Assembly: GCA_947628825.1 (NCBI GenBank)
Contig: CANRBH010000003.1
Coordinates: 8,084-72,083 of the forward strand
Reading direction: 5' to 3'
DNA length: 64,000 nt
DNA from: an uncultured Clostridia bacterium
GTDB taxonomy: Bacteria; Bacillota; Clostridia; TANB77; CAG-508
The translations under genes and the position numbers were made by a program. This document shows, in pieces, positions 38,329 through 45,521 of this stretch; within the stretch, counting starts at the first letter, position 1, and every line of letters begins with the position of its first letter. The notes under the pieces are model-generated. The model searched no databases and was not told the origin of the DNA. It was given only the letters and a program-made list of their open reading frames with translations.

Positions 38329-38410
38329 GCAGATATGGCGGAACTTGCTGAGGCTGTTCGAACGTAGTGAGTTACAGCCTCAGTATGTGTAGCTAGATAT
38401 GTTATTTTAT
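38329..38410 (+). repeat. 82-nt unit made of a 17-nt copy of the tRNA-Leu 5' end plus a GC-rich 10-bp hairpin, directly preceding the tRNA
   Basis: GCAGATATGGCGGAACT occurs at 38329-38345 and again at 38411-38427. Hairpin CTGAGGCTGT (38348-57) / ACAGCCTCAG (38374-83). Confidence 0.6.
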
Positions 38411-38498
38411 GCAGATATGGCGGAACTGGTAGACGCACAGGACTTAAAATCCTGCGGACTAATAATCCGTCCCGGTTCGATTCCGGGTATCTGCACCA
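38411..38498 (+). tRNA. tRNA-Leu (anticodon TAA), type II with a long variable arm, CCA encoded
   Basis: Manual fold: GCAGATA TG GCGG..CGC A CAGGA CTTAAAA TCCTG CGGACTAATAATCCGT CCCGG TTCGATT CCGGG TATCTGC A CCA. Confidence 0.95.
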
Positions 38499-38882
38499 CT
38501 AGAACACCAAGTATTTTGAGAAATCAGAACTTGGTGTTTTAATTTTAAAATAGCGCAAAGTTCTAACACTTTTTCAAAGTATGAATTTTTTTTAAGTTAA
38601 AAATGTATTTTTTGAAACAGATTACCTGACTTGCTACTTCGGTAATTTGTTCTTTTTTATATTTAATGCTAATGCGTTACTAATTACATTTGCAGAATTA
38701 GATGATAAACCTGTATGGATGATTTTAATATGATAAGGTATTAAGGATTACGATTAACAAATTTACGCATATATCCTCATTGATGAAGCAGATGCTAAAA
38801 AAAAATGATATACAAATTATAAAGTTAAATAATGGTGGGTTTATAGGAATTGAATAAAATAAATAAAAATTTAATAAATCAT

Positions 38883-38911
38883 TTGACTTTTTCACTTATT
38901 TTGAGTATAAT
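38883..38911 (+). promoter_or_regulatory. promoter of the candidate antisense (antitoxin) RNA, TTGACT-17 nt-TATAAT
   Basis: Exact hexamers and spacing. Part of the left arm of the inverted repeat. Confidence 0.55.
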
Positions 38912-38917
38912 AATTAT

Positions 38918-39012
38918 AGAAAGATGAGATACCACAGAAATGTGGCGTATCGTTTGATTAATATTTTAAATTAAAATACATCTCTAACGATCCAACAGAG
39001 ATGTGTTTTTTT
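38918..39012 (+). ncRNA. candidate cis-antisense sRNA (type I antitoxin-like), about 95 nt
   Basis: Runs from about 7 nt after the -10 to the bidirectional terminator ACATCTCT-loop-AGAGATGT (38978-39004) plus its T-run. Overlaps the last 9 sense codons plus the stop codon and the 3' UTR of the convergent small ORF. Confidence 0.5.
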
Positions 39013-39136
39013 CATTGTCTAATTTTCTTACTGTAACAACTAGAGCTACAAATAAGGCAATAGCGACAACGGTTACTATTGCAAGTTCAATAAATAATAT
39101 GTATATAAAAAATAAGTAGACTTGTTCTAATAACAT
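38984..39136 (-). CDS. 50-aa hydrophobic peptide, type I toxin-like
   Basis: Manual translation: MLLEQVYLFFIYILFIELAIVTVVAIALFVALVVTVRKLDNEKNTSLLDR. AGGAGG 8 nt upstream. One TM helix plus a charged tail. Below the ORF-track cutoff. Confidence 0.55.
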   Translation of the reverse strand: MLLEQVYLFFIYILFIELAIVTVVAIALFVALVVTVRKLDNEKNTSLLDR

Positions 39137-39200
39137 ATGCATCGCCTCCTCTCAAGTAGGATACGATACACCACATTCTGTTTCTCTCATCTAGTTATAG

Positions 39201-39229
39201 ATTATACTTTATTAATAGATAAAAATCAA
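39201..39229 (-). promoter_or_regulatory. promoter of the toxin-like mRNA, TTGATT-17 nt-TATAAT
   Basis: Read on the minus strand. Part of the right arm of the inverted repeat. An about 55-nt leader runs to the ATG at 39136. Confidence 0.55.
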
Positions 39230-39516
39230 TAATTTTTTTACTAAAAAGCAAAAAAATGTTCTATTATATTTTATGTCTAAAAATATTATCAAAAATTCTA
39301 ACAGATAAACATTTTTTTTATCAATGATAAGTTAGACTGTTTTTCTAATAAAATTTCTAACATTTAATTTAAATTTTTAGAAAAGCAGTTTTTTATGTTT
39401 TAGTTGCAGATTTATCAAGATTTATAGCTTTATACTATTATGGTATAGCTGAATTAGTGCATATTAAACATTGATAAAAATTGTTATTCAATAGCAAAAA
39501 TAGAGAGAATAAAATT

Positions 39517-39572
39517 CTTAAAATCCTGCGGACTAATAATCCGTCCCGGTTCGATTCCAGGTATCTGCACCA
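39517..39572 (+). repeat. 56-nt direct repeat of the tRNA-Leu 3' portion (anticodon loop to CCA), att-like
   Basis: 55/56 identical to 38443-38498, with a single G-to-A difference at 39559. Confidence 0.9.
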
Positions 39573-39576
39573 AAAT

Positions 39577-39613
39577 ATCAGGTTAGAAATCAAATTTCTA
39601 ACCTGATATTTTT
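39577..39613. terminator. bidirectional terminator (perfect 14-bp stem)
   Basis: ATCAGGTTAGAAAT-caa-ATTTCTAACCTGAT followed by ATTTTT. It lies 3' of the tRNA fragment on the plus strand and 3' of the IMPase gene on the minus strand. Confidence 0.7.
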
Positions 39614-39683
39614 GAATTTTCAGAATCTTTGATATTATGTAGAACTTAGTATATGTTGTTGCGATTATATATTTATCCATAAT

Positions 39684-40466
39684 TTAATCTTTAATAATAT
39701 TTTTTTTAATTATATTAATAACTTCATCATGTACTTTTCCATTGCTTATTATTGCACCATTTATACTTTGGTCATATCTTTGTTCATTTCCAAATAAATC
39801 CGTTACCTTTCCACCAGCCTCTTCAACAATAACTTTTACTGCTGCAATATCACAGTGTTTATGTTCTGTTCCCGTAAAAATTGTTAAAGTATAATCTCCA
39901 GTAGCAACTAAACAACCTGCTCTTGTAATACTTCCAATATCATTTAAGCGAGTTTTCTTTCTTAATTCTTCAAATACTTTGCAAACATTATATTCTGCCT
40001 TAGACCACATATCACAATGACCTACTGCTCTAATATCATCTAAATTATAATCATTCACAGAAATTTTTTCATTATTTTTATAAGCTCCTTTTCCTTTAAT
40101 AGCTGTATATAAACTATCTGTAAAAGGATCATAAACTACTCCAACTTTTGGGACACCATCAATTACTAATGCCAAAGAAAATACTGCTACTGGTATATGT
40201 CTAGCATACATAGCTGTTCCATCAACTGGATCACATACCCATACAAGATTACTTATACCAAATTGTTCTTCTTCGCCATCTACACTATGCTCCGGATATT
40301 TTTCCTTTACTTTTTTAATTAAATATGAATTAATTTCTGTATCAGCATTAGTTACAATTGTTTTATCTCCTTTATAACTAGCACCATTATTTTGATTAAA
40401 GTATTTAATCATTATTCTACCTGCTTGATATGCAATATCTTTTGCAAATTCTAAATACTCTTCCAT
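39684..40466 (-). CDS. inositol monophosphatase family protein
   Basis: 260 aa. WVCDPVDGT motif and overall IMPase-like pattern. Confidence 0.85.
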   Translation of the reverse strand: MEEYLEFAKDIAYQAGRIMIKYFNQNNGASYKGDKTIVTNADTEINSYLIKKVKEKYPEHSVDGEEEQFGISNLVWVCDPVDGTAMYARHIPVAVFSLALVIDGVPKVGVVYDPFTDSLYTAIKGKGAYKNNEKISVNDYNLDDIRAVGHCDMWSKAEYNVCKVFEELRKKTRLNDIGSITRAGCLVATGDYTLTIFTGTEHKHCDIAAVKVIVEEAGGKVTDLFGNEQRYDQSINGAIISNGKVHDEVINIIKKNIIKD

Positions 40467-40563
40467 TTATAATCTTCACTCCTTAATTTTGCTACTAGTA
40501 TTTCTGCTTTTTTATAAGTTATTGAATGTTCTCCCATTACATTTTTTCAGTAGTTCCATATTT

Positions 40564-40592
40564 ATTATAGAATTTTTAAGAGATGGTGTCAA
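40564..40592 (-). promoter_or_regulatory. promoter of the IMPase gene, TTGACA-17 nt-TATAAT
   Basis: Consensus hexamers read on the minus strand, with an about 90-nt leader. Confidence 0.55.
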
Positions 40593-40617
40593 CAGATAGT
40601 AACTTAAAAAAAGACTG

Positions 40618-40675
40618 TCTGTACCATTAGAGCACCAAATGTTTTGAGAAATCGGAAACTTGGTGTTTTAATTTA
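40618..40675 (+). repeat. third, degenerate copy of the tRNA-Leu 3' tip plus its downstream terminator
   Basis: TCTGTACCA followed by ttagagcaccaaatgttttgagaaatcggaaacttggtgttttaattta, compared with TCTGCACCA followed by ctagaacaccaagtattttgagaaatcagaacttggtgttttaatttta at 38490-38547. Confidence 0.7.
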
Positions 40676-41006
40676 CGAGTAAATTTGGTGAATAATATTT
40701 CAAAAAATATATTATTGTGTTTGAATTAAAAATAATAGATTGCCAAGGTGCAAAAATATATGTTAGGAGATGTTCTCTATGAGAATTAAATCATGGATAA
40801 TAAGAAAGTTAGAAAAATGACTTCCAAGTATTTTTGCTGTTCAGGACATGGAAATGTAATAATCTTAGTTGAATAAAATCTTATGTTAAAAAGGAATATA
40901 CAAAAAAAATATTAAGTTAACATAAAGTTAAAATAATTTTACTAAAAATTGCAAAAACATCAAATATATGCTATAATATAAAGTGTTTTGTTAATTGAGG
41001 TGGATT

Positions 41007-42782
41007 ATGAAAAAAGTAAAAAATGAATCACTAAAAAGTGTTTTAAAAAAATTATATAAGATATTAACTAAAAGACAAAAAATATCTTTTCTAATAATTG
41101 TACTTATTATGATTATATCTGCAGGACTAACACAAATTACACCTAAAGCTATTGGATGGCTAACAGATGATATTTTGACACAAAGCGAAATAGCTTTTTC
41201 TAAAGTTATACCATTTTTAATTTTAATTTTGGTTGTAAATGTTGTAAATGAGGTCATAAAAATTGCTAGAAGAGTTATGGTAGAAGATACTGCAACAAGA
41301 ACAGAAAAACAAGCAAGAGGAATGGTAATAAAATCTTTGCTTATGGCTCCCCTATCTTATTTTAGAGAAAATATGACAGGAAACATACACGGAAGAATGA
41401 ATAGATGCTTAGAAGGAACTGTAAAATTAGAGAAATTGCTATTTATGGATTTTGCACCAGCCATTTTTAATAGTATTGCTGCTATTATAACAATATTTAT
41501 TACCTTGCCATTTATACTTGCATTACCAATGATGTTAGTAATACCAATTGGAATCTTTATAGTTTTTAAACAAATAAATAGTCAAAAAGGAATTAGAGTA
41601 GAACTTTTAGAAAGTAAATCACAAATGGATGGTACTATTGTTGAACTAATAAATGGTATTGAAGTTATAAGAATTAGTGATAGCGTAGATTTTGAAACTA
41701 CTAGATTTGATAATAAATCAGAGTTTTTAAGAAAAAAAGAAATGAAGCATCATAAAGCAATGGCACTATATGACTGTTTAAAATTTGTAAATCAAGCTTT
41801 TTTTACGGTATTGATAATTGGAATTTCAACTTATTTAGCAACTAAAAATATAATATCTGTTGGAGCAGTATTAACAGCATATCTATGTTTCAATCAGTTA
41901 ATAAAACCTCTAGAGGAATTACATAGAATATTTGATGAATTATCTGAATGTACTGTTTTAGCAACAGATTTCTTTAAAATGGTGGAAATTCCTAATGATT
42001 TTTCTTATAGTGAAATATCAAATAAAAAAGAAAAAATAGATATAGAACCAGTTGTACAAATTAAAGATTTAATGTTCTATTATAATGAAGATAAGGACAA
42101 AATAATTTTAGACAACTTTAATCTATCAATAGATAGAGGAATGTTTTTAGGAATAGCTGGTCCAAGTGGTTGTGGAAAATCATCTTTAATTAAAGCTATA
42201 TGTAAATTAGAAAAAGGATATGGATCTATAATATTAGATTCAAGAGATATAACCTCATTAAATAGAAAAGATATTTCTGAAATAATTGCTTTAGTACCAC
42301 AAAACCCTTTCTTAATAGCAGGTACTATATATGAAAATATATGTTATGGAATTGATAGAGAAGTTTCAATAGAAGAAGTAGAGGAAGCTGCTAAGAAAGC
42401 ATATATTTATGATTATATAAATGAATTACCAGATAAATTTGATTCTATAATATCAGAAGGTGGAAACAATTTATCAGGTGGACAAAGACAAAGAATAGCA
42501 ATTGCTAGAATATTTTTAAGAAAACCTAAAATATTAATATTAGATGAAGCAACATCAGCTTTGGATAATACATCAGAAAAACATATTCAAACAGAAATAG
42601 AAAAATTACAAAAAGAAAATAATACTACTATTATATCAATTGCACACAGGCTAACTACTTTGAAAAACTGTGATAAAATTATAGTTTTAAATAAGGGAAA
42701 AATTGAAGAAGATGGAAAGTATGATGAATTGATTGAAAAAGGTGGAATATTTAGTGACATGTATTACGGAAAATTAAAATAA
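41007..42782 (+). CDS. ABC exporter, fused permease plus ATPase (MsbA/type I exporter-like), no N-terminal peptidase domain
   Basis: Start trimmed to the ATG at 41007 (GAGGTGG upstream). GPSGCGKSS, LSGGQRQRIAIAR and ILILDEATSALD motifs. Confidence 0.85.
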   Translation: MKKVKNESLKSVLKKLYKILTKRQKISFLIIVLIMIISAGLTQITPKAIGWLTDDILTQSEIAFSKVIPFLILILVVNVVNEVIKIARRVMVEDTATRTEKQARGMVIKSLLMAPLSYFRENMTGNIHGRMNRCLEGTVKLEKLLFMDFAPAIFNSIAAIITIFITLPFILALPMMLVIPIGIFIVFKQINSQKGIRVELLESKSQMDGTIVELINGIEVIRISDSVDFETTRFDNKSEFLRKKEMKHHKAMALYDCLKFVNQAFFTVLIIGISTYLATKNIISVGAVLTAYLCFNQLIKPLEELHRIFDELSECTVLATDFFKMVEIPNDFSYSEISNKKEKIDIEPVVQIKDLMFYYNEDKDKIILDNFNLSIDRGMFLGIAGPSGCGKSSLIKAICKLEKGYGSIILDSRDITSLNRKDISEIIALVPQNPFLIAGTIYENICYGIDREVSIEEVEEAAKKAYIYDYINELPDKFDSIISEGGNNLSGGQRQRIAIARIFLRKPKILILDEATSALDNTSEKHIQTEIEKLQKENNTTIISIAHRLTTLKNCDKIIVLNKGKIEEDGKYDELIEKGGIFSDMYYGKLK

Positions 42783-42871
42783 TATATTACCTTTGAAATA
42801 AAAAAATAACGCTATTTTAAGGATTTTAAGATAGTGTTATTTTTTATAGAAAATTTAAAATTTGAATAGTC

Positions 42872-42900
42872 TTGCAATATTATGTAAATTGTGGTATAAT
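42872..42900 (+). promoter_or_regulatory. sigma-A-type promoter, TTGCAA-17 nt-TATAAT with TGG upstream of the -10
   Basis: CTTGCAATATTATGTAAATTGTGGTATAAT is 27/30 identical to the promoter at 6530-6559 read on the minus strand. Confidence 0.65.
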
Positions 42901-42986
42901 TAAAAATGATGAATCGTTTTACTCCGTTTCATCATTCGGAAGCAACAACATTGGGATGCGTGATTACGCAGGGAGGAGATCAAATC

Positions 42987-43358
42987 ATGAATAGACTTGC
43001 TGGTTTAATCGCAAACGGAACCATCACTGTCGAGGAGCTTGCTAACGCACAGGATTTGATTGAACGTGCGAAGTTGGTTACTCAAGGGCTTGAAGCCTGC
43101 AAAAAAACGCTTGCTTTCCCGCTTGGAGTCAAGGAAATCAACTGTTATTCCTATATCGATTCCGCTGGAGAGTATGAAGCTTGGGGGCAATGCACAATCG
43201 ATGGTATCTTCACCTGTTACTGCAACTGGGGTGGAAACCATGTGATCGGCAGATGCAACCTTGCAAATTTTGCAGAAGTTTTCACGGCTTTTGACAACGA
43301 CGAGTTTGCATCTGACTTGCAGAGGTTCCTGCTTCAGCAGATAAAAAAAGCAAGTTGA
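42987..43358 (+). CDS. GC-rich orphan protein, 123 aa, six Cys in the central 56 aa, function unknown
   Basis: Start placed at the ATG at 42987 (GGGAGGAG 8 nt upstream), which makes the upstream 27 codons of the track ORF leader sequence. The line at 43141 counts 28/60 G+C. Confidence 0.65.
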   Translation: MNRLAGLIANGTITVEELANAQDLIERAKLVTQGLEACKKTLAFPLGVKEINCYSYIDSAGEYEAWGQCTIDGIFTCYCNWGGNHVIGRCNLANFAEVFTAFDNDEFASDLQRFLLQQIKKAS

Positions 43359-43366
43359 GCTTCGTA

Positions 43367-43402
43367 GAGTAACCCACGGTATAACAACCGTGGGTTTACT
43401 CT
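43367..43402. terminator. GC-rich terminator shared by convergent genes
   Basis: GAGTAACCCACGG-tataacaa-CCGTGGGTTTACTC, followed by TATTTATTT. Confidence 0.75.
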
Positions 43403-43408
43403 ATTTAT

Positions 43409-43987
43409 TTATAATTTTCTATTAAATTTATTATTTTTAAAATATAGCCCATCCCCTTTTTCTGTCCAAAATGGTATAAGAGCATTTGGAACTTTAATGC
43501 TACCATTTTCATAACTTAATATACTATAATTATTTTCTTTAGATTGAATTTTAAATATAGTGTTTGAATCAATATTAAGTATATTGCTTTCTTTAATAAA
43601 GTCTTCTTGTATTTTCTTAAATTCCTTAATATCTACTAAGCTGTCTAAAAACTTTTCAGTAAGTTCTTTCTCTATAACATACTTCCCATTTTCATATTTT
43701 AAAATAGTATCATTTCCTATTTTATCTAAAAGATTTTTTGATATATCCTTTTCTTCAAAAACTTTATTTGTTTTTGTATCTTGCAAAAATACGCTATCTA
43801 TTCCCATATCTACTACTTGATATAGGTTTCCTTCTTCTTTTAAATTAGTTACATTTTTGCTGTTTTGATTGCTTTTGTTATTTTGATTATTTTTTTGCAA
43901 ACTTCCAGATAATTCTTTTATAAAGTTTTGAACAAATCCATTTTCTTTAGTTCCATTAAATAAATTATTAAATAATTCTAATCCCAA
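43409..43987 (-). CDS. hypothetical protein, Asn/Lys-rich
   Basis: ORF track 192 aa. No motif recognised. Confidence 0.5.
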   Translation of the reverse strand: MGLELFNNLFNGTKENGFVQNFIKELSGSLQKNNQNNKSNQNSKNVTNLKEEGNLYQVVDMGIDSVFLQDTKTNKVFEEKDISKNLLDKIGNDTILKYENGKYVIEKELTEKFLDSLVDIKEFKKIQEDFIKESNILNIDSNTIFKIQSKENNYSILSYENGSIKVPNALIPFWTEKGDGLYFKNNKFNRKL

Positions 43988-44096
43988 TAATATTACACTC
44001 CTTACTTTAAATTTATATCATTTTTAATTGGTATAATTATACAATTTTGTTTTTAAATTTTCAATACAAGAATTTATTTTTAATCTTCTCATGCTA

Positions 44097-44954
44097 TTAC
44101 TTTTTCACTTTCTGGCTTTCTCCTGTGCTATAATCTATATTTATATTTGGATGTACATTGTACACATATACATTGAAACAAACTCCCTTTCCATTATCTT
44201 CTACTGAATAGCCTTCCATTTCTACACCACTTGCAAGTAAATTATTTTCTTTAAATATTGGTGTAACTCTGTATAATACATGAGCAGATCCATTTTCTTT
44301 TATATATTCTGCTACTTTATTTTCAAAAGGCAACATTCCAGAAACATTAAAATATCTTGTTCCAGTAATTAAATTCAATTCATTATCATCTTCATCAGAT
44401 AATTGATATCCTATTAAATGACATCTATTATATAAGTATTCTCCATCATATTTCTTTTGTATCCACCCAGTAGGTTTTACTGAACTTATATCCCCTCTTT
44501 CATCCCCATCAGATGGCATTGTTTCTTTACATATATTTGCATAAGCTACTCCGCATCTTCCTAAATCATCTAAATCACTATATTTTTCAAATACTTCTGT
44601 TGTATAGTCTTGTTCATTAAAGTATGGAATATTATTGTTTACCTCTACATAAATTTCACCTGAATAATCTGGAATGTCAATTAGGCTACTGTAGTTTGAA
44701 ACTTTATTATTAATGTTACTACCATCGGAAACTTCTTTATTTATATTATTATTATCAGATATTTTATTACTATCTTGAATACTATTAAAATACCTTAGTC
44801 CCAAAATAATAATTACAACAATAACTGCTGTTATAGCTTTATCTAATCCATTATTTTTTCTTCTACTCATTTTCTTGCTTTTAATTGTCCTTTCTTTTGT
44901 CTTTTTAATTCTTCTTCTATCTTTATTTCTATGTGGTTCTTCTTTATTCTTCAT
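44097..44954 (-). CDS. membrane-anchored DNA/RNA non-specific endonuclease (EndA / DNA-entry nuclease-like)
   Basis: RCHLIGYQLSDEDDNELNLITGTRYFNVSGMLPFENKVAEYI matches the EndA-type motif. One TM helix after a basic N-terminus. Confidence 0.75.
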   Translation of the reverse strand: MKNKEEPHRNKDRRRIKKTKERTIKSKKMSRRKNNGLDKAITAVIVVIIILGLRYFNSIQDSNKISDNNNINKEVSDGSNINNKVSNYSSLIDIPDYSGEIYVEVNNNIPYFNEQDYTTEVFEKYSDLDDLGRCGVAYANICKETMPSDGDERGDISSVKPTGWIQKKYDGEYLYNRCHLIGYQLSDEDDNELNLITGTRYFNVSGMLPFENKVAEYIKENGSAHVLYRVTPIFKENNLLASGVEMEGYSVEDNGKGVCFNVYVYNVHPNINIDYSTGESQKVKK

Positions 44955-45059
44955 TTTACCATAATAAATAATTTACAACAATATAATATCCACAAAAAAT
45001 AGACTATTGCTAGTCTATTTTTTATATGAATTCATATGTATAATATAAAACTCATCTAA

Positions 45060-45338
45060 TTATTTTTTATTAACAACTTCTTTTAAAGCTTTTCCTGCTT
45101 TGAATACAGGAGCTTTTGATGCTGGTATCTTGATTTCTTCCTTAGTTTGAGGATTTCTTCCTTTTCTAGCTGCTCTTTTTCTTACTTCGAATGATCCAAA
45201 GCCAACTAATTGAACTTTTTCACCTTTCTTTAAGCTTTCTGTTACAGCTGATACAAAAGCATCTAATGAAGCTTCAGCACATTTCTTTGTTTCTCCTGTT
45301 TTAGCAGCCATTGCTGCGATTAAATCAGATTTGTTCAT
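45060..45338 (-). CDS. hup: HU family DNA-binding protein
   Basis: 92 aa. MNKSDLI...[41 protein letters not shown]. Confidence 0.9.
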   Translation of the reverse strand: MNKSDLIAAMAAKTGETKKCAEASLDAFVSAVTESLKKGEKVQLVGFGSFEVRKRAARKGRNPQTKEEIKIPASKAPVFKAGKALKEVVNKK

Positions 45339-45521
45339 TTAATTTACCTCCTATTAAGATACAAATATGTGTAGATTTAGACTGAAATCTTACTCTACTA
45401 CCTTATTATTCGCCAATAAAAAACAAAATCCTTCTTTTTTTTTATTTTTTTCAATTTGAAACCTTACTGTAAGTTGACTTTTGTAATTGTTGTTTTGTAT
45501 AATTATTGATAATACTGCATT

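Noticed and set aside
38247-38438. 63-aa minus-strand ORF
   Set aside because: It lies antisense to the tRNA-Leu promoter, leader and 5' half, so it is not a gene.
39438-39680. 80-aa minus-strand ORF
   Set aside because: It runs antisense through the tRNA-Leu 3' fragment and the 14-bp terminator hairpin. It has no SD and is an artefact of the repeat.
40779-40820. 13-codon ORF (MRIKSWIIRKLEK) with AGGAGA upstream, as a possible leader peptide for the ABC exporter
   Set aside because: It lies about 190 nt from the exporter start, with no attenuator-like alternative hairpins between them. It is too short and unsupported to call.
42987-43358. Calling the Cys-rich protein a bacteriocin or RiPP precursor exported by the upstream ABC transporter
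   Set aside because: It is kept only as a hypothesis. The exporter lacks a peptidase domain, no modification enzymes are nearby, the two genes differ sharply in composition, and a terminator separates them.
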